Assembly: GCF_045628745.1 (NCBI RefSeq)
Contig: NZ_JAZQPU010000318.1
Span: forward strand, 1-62,843
Length of the DNA: 62,843 bases
Source: Pedobacter sp.
GTDB lineage: Bacteria > Bacteroidota > Bacteroidia > Sphingobacteriales > Sphingobacteriaceae
Direction: 5' to 3'
Both the position numbers and the translations under genes were made by a program. Every line of letters starts with the position of its first letter. Position 1 is the stretch's first letter. Of this stretch, positions 29,159 through 39,447 are shown piece by piece. A model generated the notes under the pieces. The model was not told where the DNA came from and did not search any database. It saw only the letters and a program-made list of their open reading frames with translations.

Positions 29159-30100
29159 ATGAAAGATTATCAAACAAAATCCCCGGTATTATTTTTGGTT
29201 TTTAACAGACCTGATACAACTAATCTGGTTTTTGAAGAGATTAGAGGTGCAAAACCTGCTAAACTATATATCGCAGCAGATGGCCCACGTGCAGGGCGCG
29301 AAAATGATGCACAACGATGCCAGGAAACATTGGCAATAGTTAAAAATATAGATTGGGATTGCGAAGTTAAAACGCTTTTCAGGGAAAATAACCTTGGTTG
29401 TAAAAATGCCATTTCCTCAGCTATCGATTGGTTTTTTGACAATGAAGAAGAAGGGATCATCCTGGAAGATGATTGTTTACCGGCAAAAAGCTTTTTCTAT
29501 TATTGCGATACTTTATTAGCTAAATACCGCTTTGATACAAGAATCAGACATATTGCAGGATGCAATCTTCAAATGGGAACTAAATGGGGTAATGATAGTA
29601 TTTATTTTGCCAACCAAACCCATGTATGGGGCTGGGCAAGTTGGAAAAGAGTTTGGAAAGACTATGACAAAGACCTAAAAGCTTATCATGAAAATGAGGT
29701 TGAAGAAATATTCAGCAATATATTTACTGACAAATTGGTTATAGAAACCTGGGCAAACATATTCAAAGAGGTAAAAGCAGGTAAAATTGATACCTGGGAT
29801 TATCAGCTTGCTTTAATAAATTATTTCAACAACAGCCTCTCTATTAATCCAAATGTAAATTTGATCAAGAACATCGGTTTCAGGGAAGATGCAACACATA
29901 CCTTTAATGCGGAGAGTGCCCATGCAAACCTTCCGCTCGAAGAAATTACGGAAATCACGTATCCAAAATATGTTTTGCCTCAGAAAAAAGCCGATTATGC
30001 CCCCTTAATTCATGAGTTTAATCTGGTAGCAAGATGGAAAAAGCACAATTCTTTAAAACGCCGCTTCAAAAGATGGTTTAAAGAGCGTTTTAACAGCTAA
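29159..30100 (+). CDS. Nucleotide-diphospho-sugar transferase (GT-A fold)
   Basis: FLVFNRP, YIAADGPR, NLGC, IILEDDC, WGWASW, WDYQ and NIGF. Confidence 0.82.
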   Translation: MKDYQTKSPVLFLVFNRPDTTNLVFEEIRGAKPAKLYIAADGPRAGRENDAQRCQETLAIVKNIDWDCEVKTLFRENNLGCKNAISSAIDWFFDNEEEGIILEDDCLPAKSFFYYCDTLLAKYRFDTRIRHIAGCNLQMGTKWGNDSIYFANQTHVWGWASWKRVWKDYDKDLKAYHENEVEEIFSNIFTDKLVIETWANIFKEVKAGKIDTWDYQLALINYFNNSLSINPNVNLIKNIGFREDATHTFNAESAHANLPLEEITEITYPKYVLPQKKADYAPLIHEFNLVARWKKHNSLKRRFKRWFKERFNS

Positions 30101-30686
30101 ATACATTTTCACTATAAGTACCCTGGTAAGCTTTTACTCCAAGTCGGTTTAACACATAATGTCTTTTTCTATCGTTTAAAAAATCTTTAACGCCCCATTC
30201 TATAGGGTCTAAATTGTCTTTCGAAAAGCGTAAAGAATTAATGGTATCCAGAAAGAGGCCCTTCTTCATGTAATACAAAAAGGTGTGATAACCTTTGCCT
30301 TCATAAATATCACTATCATCTTTAAAAATACTGTCATAATCATCCTCCAGCAGCCTCACTTTATTAAAAAAAGAGCTATCTTCTAACAGGTATCTACCTG
30401 TTAGTTTGATAATTCCATCTTGCTCTTTAAAAGGCGATTGCTCTAAAAAGGCCTTTATATGCTGCATCTCATTCAATCCTTTTTCTGGGTATTTATTCTG
30501 CACTTTGCTATAAAATACAGGATAGGCATCAAGGTAGTCTTCATGTGCAGAAAAGCATTCCAACACTGTACAAGAATCAAACAGATAATCAAATTTCAAG
30601 GCAAGGTCAATCGATTTGATATATTGCTCCTTTCTTTGCAGGTAATTTTCCTTTATACTGGCCGTAGTTATAATCAAATGAATCAT
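30090..30686 (-). CDS. Hypothetical protein, possible GT-A-like glycan-modifying enzyme
   Basis: 198 aa with KGLNE and IKLTGRY motifs; AT-rich; 3' end overlaps the previous gene by 11 bp. Confidence 0.6.
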   Translation of the reverse strand: MIHLIITTASIKENYLQRKEQYIKSIDLALKFDYLFDSCTVLECFSAHEDYLDAYPVFYSKVQNKYPEKGLNEMQHIKAFLEQSPFKEQDGIIKLTGRYLLEDSSFFNKVRLLEDDYDSIFKDDSDIYEGKGYHTFLYYMKKGLFLDTINSLRFSKDNLDPIEWGVKDFLNDRKRHYVLNRLGVKAYQGTYSENVFSC

Positions 30687-30754
30687 GCTGTAAATTTAAC
30701 ATACATTAGCTCTCCCTGCTAAAAAATCCTTCGCCTCATTAATATAAAACCCAC

Positions 30755-30788
30755 AAAAAAGCCGCTCAATTAATTATTTGAGCGGCTA
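30755..30788 (-). terminator. Intrinsic terminator after infB
   Basis: AAAAAAGCCGCTCAA..TTGAGCGGCT. Confidence 0.8.
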
Positions 30789-30807
30789 TATTTTAAGTTA
30801 TATTCTT

Positions 30808-33800
30808 TTACAATTTCCTTTTCACTTCAACTTGTTCGTAAGCTTCAACGATATCGCCCACTTCAATGTTGTTAAAGTTCTGGATATTTAAACCACACTC
30901 ATAACCAGCGCTTACTTCTTTCACGTCATCTTTATAACGTTTCAATGAAGCCAGTTCACCTGTGTAGACCACTACGCCATCTCTAACGATACGAATCTTA
31001 CTGTTACGGGTAATCTTACCATCCAATACCATACAACCTGCAATGGTACCCACTTTAGTGATTTTAAAGACATCCCTGATTTCAACGTTAGCCGTAATTT
31101 TCTCTTCAAATTCCGGAGCCAACATCCCTTCCATCGCCGCTTTGATCTCGTTGATCGCATCGTAGATGATAGAGTACAGACGGATATCGATTTGCTCAGC
31201 TTCAGCAAGCTTACGTGCTCCCGTAGAAGGACGAACCTGGAAACCAATAATAATCGCATCAGAGGCAGAAGCTAACAATACATCAGATTCAGAGATCTGA
31301 CCAACTGCTTTGCTAATGATATTCACCTGAATCTCTTCCGTAGAAAGTTTCAATAGGGAGTCAGATAGAGCCTCGATAGACCCATCCACGTCACCTTTGA
31401 TGATCAGGTTAAGTTCTTTAAAGTTACCGATAGCCAAACGACGACCAATCTCATCTAAAGTAATGTGTTTCTGTGTACGTAAACCTTGTTCGCGCATTAA
31501 CTGCAGACGTTTATTTGCAATCTCTCGCGCTTGAGTTTCACTTTCAAGAGCATTGAAACGATCACCTGCTGTAGGTGCACCTTGCATACCCAATACCTGA
31601 ACCGGTACAGAAGGACCAGCCTCCAATACTTTCTGTCCACGTTCGTTAAATAAAGCTTTAACACGACCACTGTAACTACCGGCTAATATAGGATCACCGA
31701 TTTTTAAAGTACCAGACTGAACAAGAACCGTCGTTACAATACCACGACCTTTATCTAATGTTGCTTCAATTACACTACCTGTAGCGCGTTTTTTAGGATT
31801 TGCATTCAAGTCCAAAAATTCAGCTTCAAGTAATACTTTCTCTAAAAGTAAGTCTACATTTAAACCGCTTTTACCAGAGATCTCTTGCGATTGGAATTTA
31901 CCACCCCAATCTTCCACAAGGATATTCATTGCTGATAACTGCTCACGGATTCTTTCAGAATTCGCGCCTGGTTTATCAATTTTTGTAAAGGCGAATACTA
32001 AAGGCACACCAGCTGCCTGCGCATGGTTGATGGCTTCTTTAGTTTGTGGCATCACCGCATCATCTGCAGCAATAACAATGATGGCAATATCCGCTACCTT
32101 AGCACCACGTGCACGCATCGCGGTAAAGGCCTCGTGACCTGGCGTATCCAGGAAGGTTACCTTTTTGCCTGTTGGTGTAGTTACCATGTAAGCACCAATG
32201 TGCTGTGTAATACCACCGGCTTCACCAGCAACAACGTTAGCTTTACGGATATAATCCAGTAGTGAAGTCTTACCATGATCCACGTGACCCATAATGGTTA
32301 CCACAGGAGCTCTAGGCACTAAATCTTCAGGATTATCAATTTCTTCAATTAAAATGTCACCTTCATCATCTGGTTTAACGAATTGAATTTCGTAACCAAA
32401 CTCATCAGCAACAATCGTTAACGTTTCAGCATCCAAACGTTGGTTGATGGATACGAACATACCTAAACTCATACAAGTACCAATAATTTTGGTCACCGGT
32501 ACATCCATCATGGTTGCAAGTTCATTTGCCGTAACAAACTCCGTTACTTTCAACACTTTGGATTGTGCCTCTTGTTCTAATGCTAATTCATCTGCAGTTA
32601 AGGCAACATCATCACGCTTCTGACGGCGCATTTTTGCTCTTTGTGCAAACTTACCAGATTTACCAGCACCACTTAAACGGGCAAGTGTTGCTTTAATCTG
32701 ATCTTGTATTTCTTTTTCCGTAGGTTCTTCTTTAGAGCCTCCAGGTCCACCTGGTTTGCTGTTTCTAAAGTTAGGCCTGTTGGCAGTATTGTTTGTGTTA
32801 TTTCTAAAATCCGGTCTGTTGGTAAACGTCGGTGGAGTGGCCGGTTTTGGCGGATGCTGTGCACCGGTGCCCGTACCTTGTCCTGCTGCAGGAGGTGTTG
32901 AACCTTGTCCTGTAGTTGGGTGTTGTCCCGGAGTTTTTTTACGTTTACGCTTTCTCTTCGCATTTTCGCTGTCGTTAGACGAAGCAATCGGCGATGATTT
33001 ACGATCTGGCGTTGTTGGCAAAACAATTTTACCAATAATGTTCGGTCCTGTTAATTTCACCGATCTTGCTTTAATCACCTCAACCTCTTCAGGTTTAGCC
33101 TTAAGGGCTGGTGGGGTAACTTTTGCAGGTTCAGCTTTAACAACTGGTGCCGCCTGGGCAGCAGGTTTTTCTACAGGAACGGGTTTCACTTCAGCTTTTG
33201 GTGCTGGTGCAGGTGGTATCACTTCCGCTTTTACTTCAGGGACAACCGTTGCAGGTTTTTCTTCTTTCACTGGCTCTTTCAGGGGCTCTTTTGGTGTTTC
33301 TTTAACAGCCTCAGGAACAGGATCAGGAGCAGGAACTTCTGCTTTAACTTCAGCAACGGGTGCCGGTGCAGCTGGAGTTTCCTCCTTCTTAACCGGACGG
33401 GTTTTACTGTTTAAATCATCAAGGTTTATTTTCCCTATGATTTTAACACCTGGAAGTGAACTTTCTTCTGCCTTTTCTGGGGCTCTTTCTACTGGCGCTT
33501 CGGCTTTTACAGAAGGCTGTTCTTTTTCAACAACAGGTTCTTCTTTCGGCTTTTCTGCCGGAGGCGTATGCGACTGAAGGTTTTTGATTAAAATACCTTC
33601 ACTCTCGAACTCTACATTCTTTTTCGGAGCTTCAGCAGCTTTCTCAATTACATCAGGCTCATCACGACGTATTTTACCAATAACAATTTGATTGGCCTCT
33701 TCTTTTACGATTTTATCTCCCTGAAATTCTTTCAATAATGCATCGTACATATCTTTTGAAAGCTTGGTAGTGGGTTTATTCTCGACAGAAAAGCCTTTCT

Positions 33801-33885
33801 TTTCCAGAAACTCAACGGCCGTAGCTATGCCTACGTTAAGTTCCTTAACTGCCTTAAATAAAATTATTGGTTTGTCGTCTGACAT
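30808..33885 (-). CDS. infB: Translation initiation factor IF-2
   Basis: [16 protein letters not shown] and DTPGHEAF; long Pro/Glu/Lys-rich N-terminal linker. Confidence 0.98.
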   Translation of the reverse strand: MSDDKPIILFKAVKELNVGIATAVEFLEKKGFSVENKPTTKLSKDMYDALLKEFQGDKIVKEEANQIVIGKIRRDEPDVIEKAAEAPKKNVEFESEGILIKNLQSHTPPAEKPKEEPVVEKEQPSVKAEAPVERAPEKAEESSLPGVKIIGKINLDDLNSKTRPVKKEETPAAPAPVAEVKAEVPAPDPVPEAVKETPKEPLKEPVKEEKPATVVPEVKAEVIPPAPAPKAEVKPVPVEKPAAQAAPVVKAEPAKVTPPALKAKPEEVEVIKARSVKLTGPNIIGKIVLPTTPDRKSSPIASSNDSENAKRKRKRKKTPGQHPTTGQGSTPPAAGQGTGTGAQHPPKPATPPTFTNRPDFRNNTNNTANRPNFRNSKPGGPGGSKEEPTEKEIQDQIKATLARLSGAGKSGKFAQRAKMRRQKRDDVALTADELALEQEAQSKVLKVTEFVTANELATMMDVPVTKIIGTCMSLGMFVSINQRLDAETLTIVADEFGYEIQFVKPDDEGDILIEEIDNPEDLVPRAPVVTIMGHVDHGKTSLLDYIRKANVVAGEAGGITQHIGAYMVTTPTGKKVTFLDTPGHEAFTAMRARGAKVADIAIIVIAADDAVMPQTKEAINHAQAAGVPLVFAFTKIDKPGANSERIREQLSAMNILVEDWGGKFQSQEISGKSGLNVDLLLEKVLLEAEFLDLNANPKKRATGSVIEATLDKGRGIVTTVLVQSGTLKIGDPILAGSYSGRVKALFNERGQKVLEAGPSVPVQVLGMQGAPTAGDRFNALESETQAREIANKRLQLMREQGLRTQKHITLDEIGRRLAIGNFKELNLIIKGDVDGSIEALSDSLLKLSTEEIQVNIISKAVGQISESDVLLASASDAIIIGFQVRPSTGARKLAEAEQIDIRLYSIIYDAINEIKAAMEGMLAPEFEEKITANVEIRDVFKITKVGTIAGCMVLDGKITRNSKIRIVRDGVVVYTGELASLKRYKDDVKEVSAGYECGLNIQNFNNIEVGDIVEAYEQVEVKRKL

Positions 33886-34012
33886 TGATATTCCTCTTTT
33901 TTCTTAATTCTTGTACAAAAGTAATGTTTATTCTTGTTTTATTTCATGTGTATGTAATTTGTTTGAATTTTCTCAAATGGTTTACACTGATTTCTCACTA
34001 TTCAGAATTGAA

Positions 34013-35248
34013 TTACTCAAATTCTGATTTTAAAATATTCACTACTTCTTTAATGGTTTCTTCTTCTAAATCGGTACGTTTCACTAACTCATCTATAGAA
34101 AGTGACAATACGCTTTTCGCCGTATCGCAGCCAATTGATTTTAATTCATCTATAATCCAGCTATCGATTTCATCTGAGAATTCTTCGATATCCACATCTT
34201 CATCTTCTTCACCAGCTTCACGGTATACATCAATTTCATAACCGGTTAACTTACCCGCTAATTTAATATTATGTCCACCACGGCCAATAGCCAAAGATAC
34301 TTGATCAGGTTTTAAATAAACTGATGCATGTTTTGTTACATCATCTAATTTAATAGAGCTGATTTTTGCCGGGCTCAAAGCCCTTGTAATATATAAGGAA
34401 ACATTGTTTGTAAAGTTAATTACATCGATGTTTTCATTTTTCAATTCTCTTACGATACCATGTATACGAGAACCTTTCATACCTACACAAGCACCCACCG
34501 GGTCAATTCTGTCGTCGTAAGATTCTACCGCAACTTTAGCACGCTCACCTGGTTCACGAACAATTTTCTTAATGGTAATTAAACCATCAAAAATTTCAGG
34601 AACTTCAATTTCAAATAAACGTTGTAAAAATTCTGGAGCAATTCTGGAAATAATAATTTTTGGAGAACTGTTCATCATGTCAACTTTAGAGATCACCGCA
34701 CGCACGGTATCGCCTTTTTTGAAATAATCTGCAGGAATCTGTTCGGTTTTAGGCATCATCAGCTCATTACCTTCATCATCAAGCACCAAAGTTTCTTTCT
34801 TCCATACCTGGTAAACTTCACCAGTTACAATCTCACCAACTCTGTCTTTATATTTTTTGAAGATTTCGTCTTTCTCTAACTCAAGAACTTTTGACACTAA
34901 AGTCTGACGGGCAGCTAAAATAGCCCTGCGACCAAAGCTTTCTAAGGTAATCTGTTCTATATAGTCGTCGCCAACTTCCATATCAGGATCCAGTTTCTTC
35001 ACTTCCGAAAGTTCGATTTCTAAATCGTCATCTTCAGAAAACCCATCTTCCATCACTTTTCTAGTCCGCCAAATTTCTAAATCGCCGTTGTCAGGGTTAA
35101 CAATTACATCGCAATTCTCATCGGTTCCGTATTTTTTTCGCAACATACTGCGAAACACCTCTTCCAGCACACTAATTACTGTCGGACGGTCGATGTTCTT
35201 GAACTCTTTGAATTCCTGGAACGAATCGATTAAATTAATATTGCTCAT
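34013..35248 (-). CDS. nusA: Transcription factor NusA
   Basis: S1 plus KH domains: REPGERAKVAV, DPVGACVG and LAIGRGG. Confidence 0.98.
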   Translation of the reverse strand: MSNINLIDSFQEFKEFKNIDRPTVISVLEEVFRSMLRKKYGTDENCDVIVNPDNGDLEIWRTRKVMEDGFSEDDDLEIELSEVKKLDPDMEVGDDYIEQITLESFGRRAILAARQTLVSKVLELEKDEIFKKYKDRVGEIVTGEVYQVWKKETLVLDDEGNELMMPKTEQIPADYFKKGDTVRAVISKVDMMNSSPKIIISRIAPEFLQRLFEIEVPEIFDGLITIKKIVREPGERAKVAVESYDDRIDPVGACVGMKGSRIHGIVRELKNENIDVINFTNNVSLYITRALSPAKISSIKLDDVTKHASVYLKPDQVSLAIGRGGHNIKLAGKLTGYEIDVYREAGEEDEDVDIEEFSDEIDSWIIDELKSIGCDTAKSVLSLSIDELVKRTDLEEETIKEVVNILKSEFE

Positions 35249-35250
35249 TT

Positions 35251-35715
35251 TTATTTAAATGAAATTAAAACCTTTACTTCTGTTATATTCTCAAACGCTA
35301 TATGGGTTTCTACCATATATGCTTTCTTACCTTTTTCTTTAACACTTTCTTCAATGTCGAGCCCGGTTTCGGTTACAGAAAGCAATTTACCCTCTTTCTT
35401 TTCGCCACCCGCAAGTTTAACACTGATTTCTCTGCCAATGTTTTTCTGGTATTGTCTTTTCAGCTTTAGGGCCTCACCCACTCCGGGCGAAGAAACCTCT
35501 AAGTTATAAGCCTGCACAATAGTGTTTTCTTCTTCTAAATGAAAACCCACATGTCTGCTGATTGCTGCGCAATCTTGTATGCTGATGCCTTCATCACCAT
35601 CAACATGAATAATAAGCTTATTGTTTGGAAGCATTTTTACCTCCACTAAAAACAATTCCGGTCTATCCGCAATTTTTTCTTCAACTAGTTCTCTTACTCT
35701 GTTTTCTACCTGCAT
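35251..35715 (-). CDS. rimP: Ribosome maturation factor RimP
   Basis: GISIQDCAAISR and YNLEVSSPG; operon position. Start chosen at MQVENRV. Confidence 0.95.
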   Translation of the reverse strand: MQVENRVRELVEEKIADRPELFLVEVKMLPNNKLIIHVDGDEGISIQDCAAISRHVGFHLEEENTIVQAYNLEVSSPGVGEALKLKRQYQKNIGREISVKLAGGEKKEGKLLSVTETGLDIEESVKEKGKKAYMVETHIAFENITEVKVLISFK

Positions 35716-35734
35716 AACCAATTTGCTAAAACAG

Positions 35735-35760
35735 AAAAGAGGGGACACGCGCCCCCTCTA
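35735..35760 (-). promoter_or_regulatory. rimP-leader GC hairpin (possible attenuator)
   Basis: mRNA AGAGGGGGCGCGUGUCCCCUCUUUUCUGUUUU lies between the TATCTTTG box (35777-35784) and the rimP ATG. Confidence 0.6.
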
Positions 35761-35842
35761 ATTCTCTATATCTCTGCAAAGATAAGAATAATTTTTTAAA
35801 ATAAAAATTGCAAGCTTAGGGTCTGATTATCTACAGGTAAGA

Positions 35843-35935
35843 GTGAGTCCACGGTGAGTCCACATTGAGTCCACGGTGAGTCCACGTTTCGCCGAACAAA
35901 GGGTGGACTGAGTGTGGACTCAGGGTGGACTCACC
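35843..35935. repeat. 11-bp-period tandem array with an inverted half
   Basis: TGAGTCCAC at 35844, 35855, 35866 and 35877; reverse complement GTGGACT(C/G)A at 35903, 35914 and 35925. Confidence 0.92.
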
Positions 35936-35968
35936 CTGCTGTCATTACTAACTGTCAACAAGGCACCC

Positions 35969-36373
35969 CTAACGCGTCAGTATTTTTTGCTGTGATTTAA
36001 GCCTGTAATTTATTTTACCCTTGAGGATTTCCCGGGCGCCACCAAAGCTGGTGTTCAAGGGTGTACTGACCAGGTATTGCTGGCCCTTTTTAAAGGGCTG
36101 CGCAGGTAAGAAAAGCATGCGATCGTCTTCAATCTTTACCTTACCTGCAATTTCTTTCCCTGACGTGGTAACGCTAAGCCATTTGTTGGCCGTACTATCA
36201 TTAGTGGCGCTGTTTTTCAATTGCAATAAACCCACAGGATGTATATCTGTTAATACTATTGCGCTGCTATCTGCCGAGAAATTAATCATTACTGGCTTAT
36301 TATTTGATGAGGTACAGCACAAACAAATTGCAATAGTAGCTAAAGCTCCTATTCTGAACAATATCTTTATCAT
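35969..36373 (-). CDS. Hypothetical lipoprotein
   Basis: N-terminal signal with Cys; beta-rich mature region. Confidence 0.65.
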   Translation of the reverse strand: MIKILFRIGALATIAICLCCTSSNNKPVMINFSADSSAIVLTDIHPVGLLQLKNSATNDSTANKWLSVTTSGKEIAGKVKIEDDRMLFLPAQPFKKGQQYLVSTPLNTSFGGAREILKGKINYRLKSQQKILTR

Positions 36374-36391
36374 TTAACTAAATTACTAATT

Positions 36392-36736
36392 ATGGGAATT
36401 ATTTTGGAAATTTTATTAACAGCTGTAGCCATGTTAATAGGTGCCTACCTGGTGCCGGGTGTAGAACTTCACGGTTTTGGAAGTGCAATTATTGCTGCTA
36501 TATTAATAGCGCTGGTAAATGCCACCATTGGCTTTATTTTAAGGATCCTTACTTTGCCTTTGAACTTCCTTACCCTGGGCCTGGTATCCTTTATCATTAC
36601 CGTATTGATGATCTTATTGGTCGATAAAATGATGGAAGGCTTCAACACCACCGGATTTTGGGCGGCTGCCATTCTTGCTATTGTAGTGGCTGTTATTCAA
36701 ATGATATTCGGAAGTTTTATTCGTTCGAGGGATTAA
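36392..36736 (+). CDS. 4-TM membrane protein (YvlD/DUF360 'phage holin family')
   Basis: LVPGV, ALVNA and LTLPLNFLTLGL. Confidence 0.85.
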   Translation: MGIILEILLTAVAMLIGAYLVPGVELHGFGSAIIAAILIALVNATIGFILRILTLPLNFLTLGLVSFIITVLMILLVDKMMEGFNTTGFWAAAILAIVVAVIQMIFGSFIRSRD

Positions 36737-36761
36737 AAACAGGACATTATAAATGAAGAAT

Positions 36762-36803
36762 CGCCATCCTGAACTTAGAAGAGTTCGGGATGACGCTTTT
36801 TTT
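36762..36803 (+). terminator. Hairpin terminator / REP-like element
   Basis: CGCCATCCTGAACT..AGTTCGGGATGACGCTTTTTT between convergent genes. Confidence 0.65.
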
Positions 36804-36823
36804 ATTTTAAAACAGCGATGGTT

Positions 36824-37963
36824 TTACTTTAGAATATCTCTGGAGATGACCACTTTCTGGATCTCTGAAGTACCCTCATAGATCTGTGTAATTTTTGCAT
36901 CACGCATTAACCTTTCTACATGGTATTCTTTAACGAAACCATAACCACCATGGATTTGCACGGCTTCAATAGTCACATCCATCGCTACCTTAGAAGCAAA
37001 CAATTTTGCCATAGAACCGGCTAAGGTATACGATTGTCCCTGGTCTTTTAACCATGCTGCTTTATAAACCAATAAACGGGCAGCCTCAATTTGAGTGGCC
37101 ATATCGGCAAGTTTAAAAGCAATAGACTGGTGTTCGTGGATAGGTTTACCGAAGGTTTTTCTTTCTTTAGAATAGGCAAGTGCTAGTTCGTAAGCACCGG
37201 CAGCAATGCCCAGTGCCTGTGCAGCAATACCAATACGGCCACCTTCGAGGGTTTTCATGGCAAACTTAAAGCCGAAGCCATCTTCGCCAATCCGGTTTTC
37301 TTTAGGCACCTTTACATCGTTAAACATCAGCGAATGGGTGTCTGAACCACGGATACCTAATTTATTTTCTTTAGGGCCAATGGTAAAACCAGGCGTTCCC
37401 TTTTCAACGATGAACGCATTGATGCCTTTATGTTTTAATTCTCTATGTGTTTGTGCAATGACCAGGTAGGTCGAGGCTGTACCGCCGTTGGTGATCCAGT
37501 TTTTGGTACCATTCAACAAATAGTAATCGCCTTTATCTTCCGCTGTAGTTTGCTGTGAGGTGGCATCAGAACCAGCCTCAGGCTCAGAAAGGCAAAAAGC
37601 GCCAATCTGTTCTCCCGCTGCAAGCGGCTTTAAATACTTCTCTTTTTGTGCTTCTGTACCAAAAGCCTCCAGTCCATAACAAACCAGGGAGTTGTTTACA
37701 GAGACCACTACCGAAGCAGAGGCATCAATTTTGGAAAGCTCTTCCATGACCAATACATACGAAAGGGCATTTAAGCCACTGCCGTTGTACTTTTCTGATA
37801 CCATCATCCCAAGGAAGCCCAATTCTCCTAGTTTTTTAACCTGTTCAACAGGAAACTTCTGGTGCTCATCACGCTCAATGACACCGGGCTTGAGTTCGTT
37901 TTGTGCAAAGTCCCTGGCGGCCTGTTGTATCATCAATTGTTCTTCACTGAGTTGAAATAGCAT
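36824..37963 (-). CDS. Acyl-CoA dehydrogenase (short/branched-chain type)
   Basis: FCLSEPEAGSD, NGTKNWITN, GRIGIAAQ, QIHGGYG and IYEGTSEIQ. Confidence 0.95.
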   Translation of the reverse strand: MLFQLSEEQLMIQQAARDFAQNELKPGVIERDEHQKFPVEQVKKLGELGFLGMMVSEKYNGSGLNALSYVLVMEELSKIDASASVVVSVNNSLVCYGLEAFGTEAQKEKYLKPLAAGEQIGAFCLSEPEAGSDATSQQTTAEDKGDYYLLNGTKNWITNGGTASTYLVIAQTHRELKHKGINAFIVEKGTPGFTIGPKENKLGIRGSDTHSLMFNDVKVPKENRIGEDGFGFKFAMKTLEGGRIGIAAQALGIAAGAYELALAYSKERKTFGKPIHEHQSIAFKLADMATQIEAARLLVYKAAWLKDQGQSYTLAGSMAKLFASKVAMDVTIEAVQIHGGYGFVKEYHVERLMRDAKITQIYEGTSEIQKVVISRDILK

Positions 37964-38066
37964 ATCTTTTATTTTTTGAAAAATCCAATAAACCAAATTT
38001 AGTTATTCTAATTGAATATACTATGGTTGCATAACATTTTCTCAAAAAGCCAGTACAGCAAAAGAT

Positions 38067-38417
38067 TTATTTCAACAAGTGATTGTTATCATCAGGGAAA
38101 ACAAGAATAGGATGGTATTTTTTAGCTTCCTCGATAGGTAAGGAACCATAAGACATGATAATCAGGATATCACCCACCTGTACTTTTCTGGCTGTAGCAC
38201 CATTTAGGCAGATCATACCGGTTCCACGCTCCCCTTTAATTGCATAAGTCTCAAATCGTTCGCCATTATTATTGTTTACGATTTGCACTTTTTCGTTCGC
38301 AATAATGTTGGCAGCATCCAGCAGATCTTCATCAATGGTTATACTGCCAACATAATTTAATTCAGCCTGCGTTACTTTAACACGGTGTATTTTCGATTTT
38401 AAAATCTCGATAATCAT
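38067..38417 (-). CDS. panD: Aspartate 1-decarboxylase
   Basis: KSKIHR, YVG|SITID cleavage site, GERFETY and LNGA. Confidence 0.97.
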   Translation of the reverse strand: MIIEILKSKIHRVKVTQAELNYVGSITIDEDLLDAANIIANEKVQIVNNNNGERFETYAIKGERGTGMICLNGATARKVQVGDILIIMSYGSLPIEEAKKYHPILVFPDDNNHLLK

Positions 38418-38462
38418 GTCGCAAAGTTAACTAAAGTTTAATGTTTGCAAGAATTGTTTTTT

Positions 38463-39302
38463 TTAGTTCAGCAATATATTGTCAATCAGGCGGGTTTCAC
38501 CAACCTTTGCTGCAACAAGTGCAACGAGGTTTTCTGCATTTTTATTACTTTCAGGGAGTAAAGTTTCTCCATTGGCGATGGTAAAATAATCAAGTTCTAC
38601 GCCATTTACACTCTGTAACATTTCCGTAGCCTTTTCCAGTAAAACCGGAATACTATATTGCTGAAAATGCTCCTTCACAAACTGAAGTGTCTTGCTGAGA
38701 ATAAGGGCGTGCTGGCGGTCGGCCGGCGTTAAATGTATATTTCGGGAGCTCATGGCCAGGCCATCGGCATCTCTGATAATGGGGCAGCTTACAATTTGAA
38801 CGGGCAAATTAAAGGTGGCCACCATTTTTTTGATCATCAGCACCTGCTGAAAATCCTTCTGACCAAAGAAGGCAAGATCTGGGTTTACCGCATCGAAAAG
38901 CTTTTTAACTATTTGTGTAACGCCCTGGTAATGACCTTTCCTGAATTCACCTTCCAATAAAAATTCAGCGTTACCTAAGTCAATATGCCATTCTTCTGCA
39001 CCGGGGTACATTTCTTTCACAGAAGGCATAAACACTACCTGGCAACCTGCATCTTCAAGCATTTGAATATCATGCTCCAGTGGCCGCGGATATTTCTCCA
39101 GGTCTTTAACATCTGTAAATTGTGTAGGGTTTACAAAAATGCTACACACAACAATATCGGCCTGTTGCTTCGCTGCGGCAATTAAAGATACATGTCCCTT
39201 GTGCAATGCGCCCATAGTGGGTACAATTGCAATTTTTTGCTGAGCCTGTTTTAAAGGCTCCAACAGCATTTTTAATGCTGCTATGGTATTTATTATTTCC
39301 AA
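38463..39302 (-). CDS. panC: Pantoate-beta-alanine ligase
   Basis: VPTMGALHKGH, SIFVNPTQF, FGQKDFQQ, GLAMSSRN and RLIDN. Probable TTG start. Confidence 0.96.
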   Translation of the reverse strand: MEIINTIAALKMLLEPLKQAQQKIAIVPTMGALHKGHVSLIAAAKQQADIVVCSIFVNPTQFTDVKDLEKYPRPLEHDIQMLEDAGCQVVFMPSVKEMYPGAEEWHIDLGNAEFLLEGEFRKGHYQGVTQIVKKLFDAVNPDLAFFGQKDFQQVLMIKKMVATFNLPVQIVSCPIIRDADGLAMSSRNIHLTPADRQHALILSKTLQFVKEHFQQYSIPVLLEKATEMLQSVNGVELDYFTIANGETLLPESNKNAENLVALVAAKVGETRLIDNILLN

Positions 39303-39374
39303 AGCTGAGTTAAAAGTATTGAGCGCCAAAGTTGGTTATTTATCCATTCTTAACAAAACATCTTGATTAAGAAC

Positions 39375-39405
39375 TTGATAAATATTATTATTTTGATTAC
39401 CTTTG
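39375..39405 (+). promoter_or_regulatory. Bacteroidota housekeeping promoter for the glgA-like gene
   Basis: TTG (39375-39377), 20-nt spacer, TACCTTTG (39398-39405). Confidence 0.6.
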
Positions 39406-39447
39406 CCCCTTGATTATCTTTTCTTTAACATAATATTATTCACGAAT

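Noticed and set aside
32756-33577. 273-aa plus-strand Gly/Ala/Thr-rich ORF
   Set aside because: It is the antisense shadow of the low-complexity Pro/Ala/Lys linker of infB.
35843-35935. Possible mini-CRISPR array
   Set aside because: Units are 11 bp with no unique spacers, half are inverted, and there are no cas genes; kept as a repeat instead.
36392-36736. 'Phage holin' suggesting a prophage
   Set aside because: YvlD/DUF360-type membrane proteins are common chromosomal genes; no endolysin, integrase or structural genes are nearby.
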